The notes beneath the pieces are model-generated. The model made no database searches. It was not told where the DNA came from and saw only the letters and a list, made by a program, of their open reading frames with translations. 64,000 nucleotides of DNA from the NCBI GenBank assembly GCA_951406725.2, contig OX597835.1:23064001-23128000 (forward strand). Direction: 5' to 3'. Numbering within the stretch: the stretch's first letter is position 1; each line of letters opens with the position of its first letter. Source of the DNA: Octopus vulgaris (lineage: Eukaryota). Position numbers and translations under genes: made by a program. Shown piece by piece: positions 36,171 to 48,617 of this stretch.

Positions 36171-36378
36171 CTCATTATTGATGTCCCTGTTACACTTCAC
36201 TCTGTTACGTGTGTGGCTGTGACATCCTAAAGTTCATAAGGTGAGTGTCACTAAACTTCAGCTATTATCACTAAAGGCACTGCAAATATGTGTATGTGAT
36301 ATTCGTGTAGGGATTAATGAATCCCGCAACATTGTAGAAGCTGTAATGTCCTTTTCAACCCACATATATATACACATT

Positions 36379-36489
36379 TCAATGAGCAGCATCCATTAAG
36401 TCCAACAGGTCTTCCTCAACTTCTGATGCAGGGTTCACCTCAACAGACATTTCTCCCATGATCCGATTCAGTTCATCACTTGATTGTTT
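36379..36489 (-). CDS. OSCP1: OSCP1 exon 10 (terminal, TGA stop)
   Basis: tgacag/KQSSDELNRIMGEMSVEVNPASEVEEDLLDLMDAAH*; matches ELARIMGE..DDLLAMMD; total CDS 1149 nt. Confidence 0.93.
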   Translation of the reverse strand, partial: KQSSDELNRIMGEMSVEVNPASEVEEDLLDLMDAAH

Positions 36490-36725
36490 CTGTCAAGAGA
36501 AAACAAAACAAAAATATAAGCATCATCATCAGCACCACCACCACCAGTCATCATCATCATCATCATCATCTCCATCATTGTGACTACACAGCTATTCTTA
36601 CCACCATACACACAATCCAAACCCTGCACTAACCACAGACCCAGTCTTTCCCTACAGAATTTCTTCCTCGCTCGTATTTTTCCTACAGATAGAAACTTTC
36701 AGCTGTTCAAAATGATCATCTACAT

Positions 36726-37042
36726 CAGTGGTTCTCAAAGATTTTTGGGGGTTCCACGCAACAAAACACTAAGCTGGGAGTCCACAATAGTATTTTAAGG
36801 GCCCCTAAAAAGTTTTGCTTTAGATGTGAGTATTGGTTATGCATTGCAAGAAACAGCTGGGTTTCTTTCTCGAACATTTTACATTGTTCAACTAACACAA
36901 GTGAATGTGTGATAAACAAAATGGGAATTTCGAAACAAGTGTCTGTAAAACTAGTTTTTAAACATCAAATGGAGGCGGGGCGCCACCAGAATAAAATAGT
37001 AATCAAAGGGGTCCGGAGATAAAAAATGGTTGAAAACCCCTG
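36726..37042. mobile_element. hAT (Charlie-like) MITE in the last OSCP1 intron
   Basis: CAGTGGTTCTCAA...TTGAAAACCCCTG with a perfect 8-bp TSD ATCTACAT. Confidence 0.85.
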
Positions 37043-37816
37043 ATCTACATCATTTGATCTCACCAGTCTTGGAGGGACCTGCAAAAGCTATGGACACAGC
37101 CCCTTCCCTTCCGCTGTATTGATGCAATCCAGAGATTATATCAATTGAAAAAAAGAACAACACAAAAAACCAAAAAGCTGAAAATAATAATCCTTTCTAC
37201 TCTAAGTACAAGGCCTAACATTTTTGGGGAGGGGGGCCAGTTGATTAGATTGACCCCAGTGCGTAACTGGTACTTAATTTATTGACCCCAAAAGGATGAA
37301 AGGCAAAGTCGACCCCAGCGGAATTTGAACTAAGAACATAAAGACAGACAAAATACCGCTAAGCATTTCACCCAGTGTGCTAACGATTCTGCCAGCTTTA
37401 TGCCTCAAAAAAACAATAAGCTGAAAATAATGTATAGGCGCAGGCATGGCTGTGTGGTTAAGAAGTTCGCTTTGCAGTCACATGGTTTCAGGTTCAATCC
37501 CACTGCATGGCATTTTTGACAAGTGTCTTTTACTATAACACCAGGTTGACCAAAACCTTATGAGTAGAAAGAAACCGTGTGGAAGCCCATCGTGTATGTC
37601 TGTGTTTGTGTTCCCACTCTTACAGTTTAGCAACTAGTATTGGTTTGTTTGCATCCCCATAATTTAGGGGTTCAGCAAAACAGACCAATAGAGTAAGAAC
37701 CAGAGCTAAAAATGAAAATAAAAACATTTGGGTTGCAGTCCAATGACAGAAACGTGTCGAAAAAAGATAATTAATGTTAATCATTTCTGTTAATTAAATA
37801 ATAACAAATAGCAAAC

Positions 37817-37874
37817 CTTTGAGGCATCAATCATAATCTCCAAGGGTTTTGTAGCATCTCTGATAATAGCAGGT
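37817..37874 (-). CDS. OSCP1: OSCP1 exon 9
   Basis: tttcag/(P)PAIIRDATKPLEIMIDASK/gtttgc; 58 nt, phase 2-0; matches VINIQATQ. Confidence 0.8.
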
Positions 37875-38315
37875 CTGAAATGAAAAGAAGAAAATAAAAA
37901 AAGGGAAAATGCCAAGAATTTAGAGAAGAAGCGTGGCTGTGTGGTTGCTTTGCAGCCCCATGGAGTGTAGTATTGAGGGAAGTGGCTTTATCTCAGATGA
38001 TGAGAGGTTTAAGTATGATAGAGGGGACAGAAACAAGTTTTTTGTTGTAGGAAAGATAGATGGTTACCCCAGTTGGAAAAGAGAGAAGATGGTGGTAATG
38101 ATGTGTGAGGGTGTATACTGGAGTTACAGGACGGTGAACATTAGAGAAGTGGTCCAGAGGACTGGACAGGTAAGTTCGTGAGCATGTGAAAGGATTGTAG
38201 CAGATGGATGGAGATGAGGACAGAGGTGGATGAAGGGAATGGTGAACACAAGTGGAGGTGTAGTCAATGGTGAATATCAATCTGGAGGAGGAAAGGTAAT
38301 AGGTAGCAGCCTAGG

Positions 38316-38550
38316 GGCGGCGAGCTGGCAGAAATGTTAGCATGTCAGGTGAAACGCTTAGCGGTATTTTGTCTGCCGTTACGTTGTGAGTTCAAATTCC
38401 GCCGAGGTCAACTTTGCCTTTCATCCTTTCGGGGTCGATAAATTAAGTACCAGTTATGCACTGGGGTCGATGTAATCAACTTAATACCTATGTCTGTCCT
38501 TGTTTGTCTCCTCTATGTTTAGCCCCTTATGGGTAATAAAGAAATAGGTA
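38316..38550 (+). mobile_element. tRNA-derived Nin/Deu-domain-type SINE, family B. Tandem clusters at about 16440-17205, 21610-22075, 40560-41930, 46350-47180, 49910-50325, 55715-57495, 59030-60035, mostly minus strand
   Basis: GGCGGCGAGCTGGCAGAA..GAGTTCAAATTCC head followed by GCCTTTCATCCTTTCGGGGTCGATAAATTAAGTACC; usually next to (AAT)n. Confidence 0.8.
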
Positions 38551-39366
38551 GCAGCCCAGAAGATATGGAGTGTGGGCAGTGCGCAAGAGATGCAGTGCCA
38601 GGGATGAGGTACGTAGGGGTGGAAACTGTGGGAGACAAATGTAGGTAGAGGGTGTGGCCATTGGCAGATTGAGAGGGTGTGGCGGTGAAGAGGCATTGAG
38701 TGGAAAATAAGATGGTAAGGAACAATACTAAGAATGCAAGAAATAAATAAGTGGCTCCAGGGACGGTGAGTGGGAGCAGAAAAAGGGTTGGGGATGAAAT
38801 ATGTTCAGGTCTGCTCTTATTTAATTACAACAGCTGAGTGAATAGTGTTATAGTCAGAAGGATGGGGAAGAGACACATCTGGCACAGATTGGATCAGGGA
38901 CATAAACAATATGCTTTTAGGGGCCCTGTTTGTGGATGGGTCTTCTTGAACACAGAAATCACCAATCATTTTGATTCTGAATGTTAAAAACAAACTCAAC
39001 ACAAAAATTTTTTTTTTTATTAACCCTTTAGTGTTCGCATTATTCTGCCAAAATTAATCCTTTTTTATCCTCATTGTTTTGAACTAATCAAGCATTATCT
39101 TGTAGTGATGAGATTTTGATGAGGTAGCTGTTAATATTTAAAAGGATATTGTAGGGTTGGTGTGAGAGACCAGATCTGGCCAGTTTGACTATAAAACAGG
39201 CAGAATACTTTTGGCCGGATATAGCCGATTTAAATGCTAATGGGTTAATGTCAGTTTGCACAATTGTTTTAAATTTACAGACCTAGTCTACTGCAGGACA
39301 ACAACACACCACCTTAAACTTACACAATAAATCAAACAACAAACAAAACTAAACAGAGTGACGTAC

Positions 39367-39521
39367 GGAGTGATGGTGTTTTCATCATCATCTTTGTCCT
39401 CTGGGGTTGAACAGAACAGGTTCAGTTCTATTTCTGGTTTCTGTGACGTACTTGCCATTCCAATCAGGCGGGAGAGAAGCTGTAGCTGGGCTAGTGCATT
39501 GGCATCAGAACTGTTATCTGT
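39367..39521 (-). CDS. OSCP1: OSCP1 exon 8
   Basis: ttccag/TDNSSDANALAQLQLLSRLIGMASTSQKPEIELNLFCSTPEDKDDDENTIT/gtacgt; 155 nt; matches AKEELNFLARLMG..LNLF. Confidence 0.9.
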
Positions 39522-40476
39522 CTGGAAGTAATAAAGAAAGGAGTGATTAGAGAAGTAGAGGGCTTACGATGGACAGTAGGAGGCATGTGGTGGTGTGGAG
39601 AGGACATCTGGAGATATGTTGTGTATGTACAGTAGCTAACTGGCACTCCTTCAGAATGTGATGAAGCCGGCCCTTTGAAATACATACACACACACACACA
39701 TATATATATATGTATATGTGTGTTATATATGTATATGTGTGTGTGCATGTATGCACGTGTTACTGTCGCCTTGCCTTAACACTGTGTGACAGTTGTAAAC
39801 AAGCGTCACCATCATGCAAGCAGGGTTGTTTGTTTCCAATCTTCCATGGAAACATGGGGGAATGTATCACCACACTCGGAAACAGGTGAGGGTTAGCGAG
39901 AGAAGAGCATCAAGCCACAGAAAATCCTTCTCAACAAATTCCATCCAACCCATGCAAGCATGGAAGAGTGGACATTAAAGGATGAAGATGGTGACGACTA
40001 ACATAGTTCCTTTAATCTCTCTTTTTTTTTTACTTGTTTCAGTCATTTGACTGTGGCCATGCTGGAGCACCGCCTTTAGTCGAGCACATTGACCCCAGGA
40101 CTTATTCTTTATAAGCCTAGTACTTATTCTATCAGTCTCTTTTGCTGAACTGCTAAGTTACAGGGACGTAAACACACCAGCATCGGTTGTCAAGCGATGT
40201 TAGGGGGACAAACACAGACACATAAACATATACACACACACACACACATATATATATACGCATACAACGGGCTTCTTTCAGTTTCTGTCTACCAAATCTA
40301 CTCACAAGGCTTTGGTTGGCCCAAGGCTATAGTAGAAGACACTTGCCCAAGGTGTCACACTATGGGACTGAACCTGGAACTATGTAGTTCGTAAGCAAGC
40401 TACTTACCACACTGGAAAAAGAGATTAGAAAGTGAAGAAAACAGAACAAAAAACAAAAGAGGAAAAGGCATAATAC

Positions 40477-40555
40477 CCCGTCTGGTCCACCTCGGCAGGA
40501 TAAAGAACTCTTGCTTTTGCCATCAGCAGTTACAATGTGATTGTCGTCAGAATAT
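40477..40555 (-). CDS. OSCP1: OSCP1 exon 7
   Basis: tgccag/(I)YSDDNHIVTADGKSKSSLSCRGGPDG/gtatta; 79 nt, phase 2-0, required to bridge the phases of exons 6 and 8. Confidence 0.78.
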
Positions 40556-40783
40556 CTGGCAAAATATAAAACAAGAAAGACATATTAGTTTCAAATTTTG
40601 CCACAAAGCCAGCAATTTCAGGGGTGAGGGTCGAGTGGATTACATCAGCTTCAGTGATCAACTGGTACTTAATTTATTGACCCCCAAAAGGATGAAAGGC
40701 AAAGTCAACCTTGGCAGAATTTAAAATCAGAACATGGAAAAGGATTTTGCTCGGTGTGCTAACAATTCTGCTAGCTAACTACC

Positions 40784-40842
<59 letters not shown>

Positions 40843-41058
40843 CCTTTCTACTATAGGAATTTGTAGGGCATGGAATTTGTACAGAGTGGGATAGTTGATT
40901 ACATCAACTCCAGTACTTGACTGGTACTTCATTTATCGACCCCGAAAGAATGAAGGGCAAAGTTGATCTCGGCAGAATTCGAACTCAGAACGTAGCGGCA
41001 GATGAAACGGTGCGAAGTATTTTGCCCAGTGTGATAACAGTTCTGCCAGCTCACTGCC

Positions 41059-41090
<32 letters not shown>

Positions 41091-42042
41091 CCTGCCAGCT
41101 CCGTCTGGCACCTGTGCGGGTGGCACGTAAAAAGCACCCACTACACTCACGGAGTGGTTGGCGTTAGGAAGGGCATCCAGCCATAGAAACACTGCCAGAT
41201 CAGACTGGGCCTGATGCAGCCTTCTGGCTTCACAGACCCCAGTTGAACCGTCCAACCCATGCTAGCATGGAAAGCGGACGCTAAATGATGATGATGATGT
41301 ATTATAGGCACAAGAGCTGAAATTTGGGGGGGAGGAGACTAGTCAATTACATAGTGTTTCGCTGGTACTTATTTTATCAGCCTCAAAAGGACGAAGGGCA
41401 AAGTCGACCTCAGTGGAATTTGAAATCAGAACATAAAGCATATTGCCTGAATGGGGTAATAATTCTGCCAGCTCGCCGCCTTTGTGCAAGACATTATATT
41501 GATTTTAAATTTTGGCACAAAGTCAGCAGTTTCAAGGGAGGGGGTCAAGTCAACTACATCAACCCCAGCGCACAGCTGGTACTTATTTTATCAGCCTCAA
41601 AAGGACGAAGGGCAAAGTCGACCTCAGTGGAATTTGAAATCAGAACATAAAACATTTTGCCTGAATGGGCTCATAATTCTGCCAGCTCACCGCCTTTGTG
41701 CAAGACATTATATTGATTTTAAAATTTTGGCACAAAGTCAGCAGTTTCAAGGGAGGGGGTCAAGTCAACTACATCAACTCCAGCGCACAGCTGGTACTTA
41801 TTTTATCAGCCTCAAAAGGACGAAGGGCAAAGTCAACCTCAGGGGCATTTCAACTCAGAATGTAAAGACAGACAAAATGCAGCTAAGCACTTTTCCCAGC
41901 ATGCTAACAATTCTGTCAGTTTGCTACCATTCATGAAAGACATTCATATCTAAAATATTATGAAGTTAAGAAGTTCAAAATCACAAGGTTTCATGTTCAG
42001 TCCCAGTTATGCAACTCAAAATATACAAAAATTTCCCCTTAC

Positions 42043-42168
42043 ATGTTACATCCCAGTTTTGTTCCTCGGTCCCCTTTTGGCTCTATGGACCCTTTTGCTG
42101 ATGGTAAGTACCGACCTCCAGGATTTGCAGAGATGGATTTCACAAGTTTGCCGTTTTCATCAAAAGAC
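42043..42168 (-). CDS. OSCP1: OSCP1 exon 6
   Basis: tcttag/(R)SFDENGKLVKSISANPGGRYLPSAKGSIEPKGDRGTKLGCN/gtaagg; 126 nt, phase 2-2; matches GDRVLKLGTNM. Confidence 0.93.
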
Positions 42169-43204
42169 CTAAGAAACGAATTGAAAATTAAAATTTAAAG
42201 TATGGAACTGGTAAACACGTGCACACATATGCAGGCACAAGAATTTTTTGGCAAGATCTTCAGAATGCTTGTAGCAGACAAAAAATTCTTAAATGTAATA
42301 ATGTAAATATTCTAAATTATTTTGTTTCATTCTATTTTATTTCCTTGGTAAATGATAAGACTTTCTGTATGTATATATAAATAAAGTAAGGAAAAATTCC
42401 CTCATTTCTTCTAACTAACTTTATTCCTATTAGCAACATACTAGTGTGTGTGTGTGAGAGAGAGAGAGAGTGTGTATGAGTGTGTGTGTAATCATTATTT
42501 AGTGTCCGTTTTCCATGCTGGCATGGGTTGGACAGTTTGACAGCAGCTGGCATGGTTTCTTTAGCTGGATACCCTTCCTAATGCCAACCACATTACAGAG
42601 TGTACAGGGTGCTTTGTTTATGTAGCACCAGCAAGGTCACAAAGTAAACTTGCAAGACGAAGACCCCTCAACTGGAGCGGAGGTAGCTTTGTGCCAGGTG
42701 ATGAGAGATTGGAATATAATAGAGGGACAGTATCAGATGTCTTACAGTGAAGGAGGTACATGGGCTATAATGGAGGCACATGGACTAGTGGTTAGAGCAG
42801 CGGACTCGCGGTTGAGGGATCGCGAGTTCAAATCTCAGACCAGGCGATGTGTGTGTTATGAGCGAAACACCTTAGCTTCGCGTGGCTCCGGCAGAAGGTA
42901 ATGGCGAACTTCTGCTGACTCTTTCGCCACAACTTTCTCTCACTCTTTTCTCCTGCATCTTGCAGCTCACCTGCGACAGACCGGCGTCCGTCCAAGTGGG
43001 AAACCTATACGCCAAGGAAAGCGGGAAACCGGCCCTTATAAGCCACGCCTGGCTCGAGAAGGAACAAATAACAACAACAACATGGGCTATCCCGGTTAGA
43101 ATAAAACAGAGGAGAGAGAGAGGAAACGGTGAAAAAGATGCCCTGGGGTTTGCAAGGAGGTGTATTTAAACAAATGAAATGAAGATAGTAATTAAATCTC
43201 TCAC

Positions 43205-43308
43205 CTAATAACAATAGGAATCTCAGTGTTCCATGCCACTTGGCCAGACCGAGACAAAACAAATGAACCGTCAGCATTTTGAATTTTCTCTTTTAAATAT
43301 ATGGATAC
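43205..43308 (-). CDS. OSCP1: OSCP1 exon 5
   Basis: ttccag/VSIYLKEKIQNADGSFVLSRSGQVAWNTEIPIVI-AG/gtgaga; 104 nt, phase 0-2. Confidence 0.95.
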
Positions 43309-43441
43309 CTGGAAAGTAAGTAAAATACAATATAATATAATATTATGTGTGTGAATGTGTAAACGCCCATGTGTGCATGCGTGTGTGTGTGTGTAGACAT
43401 GTGTATGTGTGTGTGTGAGGAGGAGGATAGTGGTCACTTAC

Positions 43442-43522
43442 CCTGACGTGAATATCTTGGAAGAAACTTAACGCCGTCTGACGCAAAAGTTGAAATTCAC
43501 CATCTGATAACTCAGAATACAT
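43442..43522 (-). CDS. OSCP1: OSCP1 exon 4
   Basis: atacag/MYSELSDGEFQLLRQTALSFFQDIHVR/gtaagt; 81 nt. Confidence 0.95.
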
Positions 43523-44740
43523 CTGTATACAGAATCAAAAGTCAGAATTCAGGGAAAAGCATTTCAACAAATTTTCTTTTTTACAAAAAAAAAAAAAAAA
43601 GGTGGGTACAGAAAAAATTCCTGATACCATGAACATTACATCCATTGTATAGCATTTGCTATTTTCAAGTGTCCATGAGATTGCTAAAGGTCAGTGGGAT
43701 ACACACACACACACACACACAAAATATACCACGTAAGTTTATCATCACAGCTGCCGCCGTCGTCGTCGTCATTTAACGTTCCTGTTCCATGCTGGCATGG
43801 GTTAGATGGTTTCACAGGATCTGATGTATCCAAGGACTGCATCGTACTCCAGTCTGCTTTGACATGGATTCTATGGCTAGATGCCCTTCCTAATGTCAAC
43901 TACTTTACAGCATGTACTGGGTACTTTTCTTTCTTTCATGGTACCAACACAAATGAAGCCAACATGCAGCACACAAGACTGTGAAATGTGAAGTGGGGTG
44001 AGATAGGCTTTATGCTAGGAGATGAGAGGTTAAAGTATGAGAGAAGTATGAGGGAGCAGATCAGGGTCTTATGGTCAAGAAGCTAACATAACTACTGACA
44101 GAAGAGAAGATGAGAATGATCCGTAGGAGCTACAACGAGATAAATAGGGGTGATGAGGTGTTCAGTTGGCCCCTCAAGGTCTTCTTTGGAGCAGCTGAGG
44201 CAGAGTGTTTCCACTGCCTGGATTGTCTCTTTGTCTCTGGCTCAAAGTGATGAACCCAGCACTCATCTTGAATTTGCCTCAAACAATGTCAGATTTTCCT
44301 ATGATATAATCACTTAGTGCAGTGCTTCTCAACAAGACTATCTGATGCAGTGGTACCAGCGATAGTGTGGTTGTATAAAGTCAACATAACGTGACAGTCC
44401 TGTAGAGGGAATTACACCACCACTATATAGCCCTAGGAAGCATCGACGCTTCCTGTTGGCTTTGACACATTTGCTGTGTCCTTAAATTTACAAAGGGGAG
44501 GCAAGCACCCCAACCAGCTAGGACTAGCAACCTGAATACATGCATGTTTCTGGGTATTGCCTGTCATCAGTTCAGGGTAGCGTGTCCCCACTATCGGTGA
44601 TACTTACCAAGCCTTCGCAAAATATATCTATTTACAGTGAAATTTATTCACAGGTCACCATAATTAGAAATATTGAATTTCTAAATGTCTCAACGAGACA
44701 TAAGAGATGTCAGATTTTCCTATGATATAATCACTTAGTG

Positions 44741-45029
44741 CAGTGCTTCTCAAACTATCTGATGCAGTGTACCAGCAGTTTTTATCCCAATGTGCCAAGG
44801 ACCGGTAATATTTCTTAGTAATATTAATTTATACCAGAAATAATATATATAATGAATATAATAAAAGTTGACAATTTTTACAATCTTATACTTATTTTGT
44901 AAACAAATAATACAATATTACCTAAACATTTTATAATGTTTCTTTCTTTTCTGGAAACTTGCCACATACCAGCAGCTAATGGCTCGTGGACCGGCACTAG
45001 TCTGCAGACCACCACTTTGAGTAGCACTG
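44741..45029. mobile_element. hAT MITE
   Basis: CAGTGCTTCTCAAA...TTTGAGTAGCACTG; imperfect TSD ACTTAGTG/ACTTAACG. Confidence 0.65.
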
Positions 45030-45589
45030 ACTTAACGTGCTTTTGACCAAGTGTCGGAAGACGAGGCACCCACTAAACAGGAACCTTCATCATGCCAAGT
45101 TCATTGTTCAGAATATTCTCAACTCTCTTACAGGATATGCTAATTGCATTGACTATTTGATTTATAGTCAATCACCTGTCATCCACCACCATGTGGTGAA
45201 TACAATCAATGTTTTCCCAGGTGGTGGCAGTTGCAAGATGTCCAGACCTTCGGTCATCTCCAAGACTCTCCCTTTTGCACTGTTGACTAAGCTGGAGCAT
45301 CATCCCCTTGTATAGCAACCAGGTCAGTATGAATGCCATTGAGGGCTAAATCCCTTTTCTGCAGGTTCTTAATAACACCAAAATACCAAAGTTTGTCCCT
45401 TTTCATGAGTAATTGCTATCAGTCACTTTTGAAGTCTTCTTTGAACAGTCAGACGTCAGTTTAGCTGGAAAAAAAAAACCAATGCAGTTATTAATAAGAA
45501 GAGCTGAAATTAACACATGCAAGATTTCACATCTCTAGCATCACTCCTTCACAGTCAGCCTCTGAACTTTTCAGCCCACCCACATAAAT

Positions 45590-45922
45590 ATGGATGGAAG
45601 CACTCCGTCGGTTACGACGACGAGGGTTCCAGTTGATCCGATCAACGGAACAGCCTGCTTGTGAAATTAACGTGTAAGTGGCTGAGCACTCCACAGACAC
45701 GTGTACCCTTAACGTAGTTCTCGGAGATATTCAGCGTGACACAGAGAGTGACAAGGCCGGCCCTTTGAAATACAGGTACAACAGAAACAGGAAGTAAGAG
45801 TGAAAGTTGTGGTGAAAGAGTACAGCAGGGATCACCACCATCCCCTGCTGGAGCATCGTGGAGCTTTTAGGTGTTTTCGCTCAATAAACACTCACAACGC
45901 CCGGTCTGGGAATCGAACCTCA
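45590..45922 (-). mobile_element. tRNA-derived SINE, family D (older plus-strand copy at about 8805-9350)
   Basis: Minus-strand GGTTCGATTCCC B-box; 3' end shared with 9240-9350. Confidence 0.6.
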
Positions 45923-46117
45923 TAAATATATACAACAGGTGAGCTACACTGCACAATCGGACCCTTTGAACTTCTCTGTGTAACTCAGAACTATTCCAAA
46001 AGTAGGTAGGTAGGTGGTGGTGGTGGCGGCAGTGGTGATAGATTTGGTAGTGATTATGATGATGGTAGTGGTAGTGGTGGTGGTGATTAACACAGAGACA
46101 ATCAAAATAAAACAAAC

Positions 46118-46285
46118 CTTGATAAACTTTCTGCTGATGTTCGTCACCTGCTGGAATGTGCTGGCGTTGTCTTTGACCATTTCCATAATGCCCTCAAGGT
46201 GGTTCATTGTAATGAAGAGGATCTCTTTGGGCTGGAGACACATCAGAAATTGGTACTTCACACCCATTGTCATCAAATCATATAA
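46118..46285 (-). CDS. OSCP1: OSCP1 exon 3
   Basis: tttcag/LYDLMTMGVKYQFLMCLQPKEILFITMNHL..KFIK/gtttgt; 168 nt. Confidence 0.96.
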
Positions 46286-46303
46286 CTGAAAACAACAACA
46301 ACA

Positions 46304-46337
<34 letters not shown>

Positions 46338-47351
46338 TAATAATAATAATTCTTTCTACTATAGGCACAAGGCCTGAAATTTGAGGGAGTGGAATAGTTG
46401 ATTACATTGACCCCAGTACTCAACTGGTACTTATTTGATCAGCCCCGAAAGGATGAAAGGCAAAGTCGACCTCGGCAAAATTTGAACTCAAAACGTAAAG
46501 ATGGGCGAAATTCCACTAAGCATTTTACCTGATGTGCCAACGATTCTGCCACCTTTCTACTAAATGCACAAGGTCTGAAATTTTGGGGGAGGAGACTAAT
46601 CGGTTATATCAACCCCAGTGTTTCACTGGCATTTAATTTATTGACCCCAAAAGGATAAAAGGCAAAGTCAACCTTGGCAGAATTTGAACTCAGAACATGA
46701 AGACATGAAATGCCACTAAGCATTTCGCCCAGCATGCTAATGATTCTGCCAGCTCACTGCCTTATCAACAACAACAACAATAATAATAATATTTTCTACT
46801 TTAGGCACAAGGCCCGAAATTTTGGAGAGGAGGCCAGTCGATTAGATTGACCCCAGTACGCAACTGGTACTTAATTTATTGACTCTGAAAGGATGAAAGG
46901 CAAGGTTGACCTTGGCGGAATTTGAACTCAGAACATAAAGACAGAGGAAATACTGCTAAGCATTTCGCCCAGCATGCTAAAGTTTCTGCCAACTCACCAT
47001 CTTATCAACAACAACGATGATAATAATAATAATAATAATAATAATAATGGTTTCGAATTTTGGCACAAGGTTTGCGATTTTAGAGGAGGGGGCTCATCGG
47101 TTACATCAGCCCCAGTATATGACTGATATTACTGAGGGGATGAATGGCAAAGCTGACCTCGGTAGTATTTGAACTCAGAACATAATGAGGCGCAGGAGTG
47201 GCTGTGTGGTAAGTAGCTTGCTTACCAACCACATGGTTCCGGGGTCAGTCCCACTGCGTGGCACCTTGGGCAAGTGTCTTCTGCTATAGCTTCAGGCCGA
47301 CCAAAGCCTTGTGAGTGGATTTGGTAGGTAGAAACTGAAAGAAGCCTGTCT

Positions 47352-47415
<64 letters not shown>

Positions 47416-47636
47416 TCCCCCTAGCATTGCTTGACAACCGATACTGGTGTGTTTACGTCCCCATCACTTAGCGGTTCGACAAAAGAGACCGATAGAATAG
47501 GTACTGGGCTTACAAAGAATAAATCCCGGGGTTGATTTGCTCGACTAAAGGTGGTGCTCCAGCATGGCCGCAGTCAAATGACTGAAACAAGTAAAAGAGT
47601 AAAAGAATAAAGAGATGTGAAAATTTCCGCACTTAC

Positions 47637-47791
47637 TTTGTCCATGCTGGCAGCATTCAAACGCATGACAGAAGAATGTGCAATACGATCAAAGACTGCT
47701 CTCATTGCCTTCTTGGAGTAAACAGGCTGTAAACGGAATAACTCATCCATGAAATGTTTGCTGAACATCGTACCAACGATTTCCTGCAGAA
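47637..47791 (-). CDS. OSCP1: OSCP1 exon 2
   Basis: ttccag/(V)LQEIVGTMFSKHFMDELFRLQPVYSKKAMRAVFDRIAHSSVMRLNAASMDK/gtaagt; 155 nt. Confidence 0.96.
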
Positions 47792-48556
47792 CTGGAATGA
47801 CCAAAATGGAATTGCTTAGTTTTTAATTAGAATTCAGTTAGGTTTAATACATTTAAGGCATTGCCACGGCTGCCGCCACCACTACCTCAACTGTTATAAC
47901 ACAGATATAAAGAGAGACAGACAGACAGACAGAGAGACATAGAGAGAGAGTGATGACAGGACAGAAACAGATTTTATGTTGTAGAAGAGATATGAGATGC
48001 ATTCCAGAAGTTTTGGAATTTCTTATTTAGGATGCTCAGTTTTAACTGTTCTAAATTATTGTAACTTTAGTGTATCATTACCATACTTGTTAAAAGCTGA
48101 CCTGCCAACCTTCTTTTACCAGACTGAAGAAAACAGCTGCAAAAGCACTTTGAACACATCCTACTAAACACAGCTTGTCACAAGTGGCTAAATTTGTAGA
48201 ATACAGTTGCGACAGTTGGAAGTTTTCTATGAAATAATGTTTTGTGTTAAACTATGCAAAAACTTTACAGAAACCTATGAAGCCTATAGGCGCAGGAGTG
48301 GCTGTGTGGTAAGTAGCTTGCTTACCAACCACACAGTTCCGGGTTCAGTCCCACTGCGTGGCACCTTGGGAAAGTGTCTTGTACTATAACCTCGGGCCGA
48401 CCAAAGCCTTGTAAGTGGATTTGGTAGACGGAAACTGAAAGAAGCCTGTCGTATCCTTCGAAACGTAGAGTAGATGAAACCATAGCGACTGACGTCCCTT
48501 TGGTGTCCTGTACTCATATATACGTGTATATGTACATGTAGAGGTAGGTACGTATA

Positions 48557-48617
<61 letters not shown>

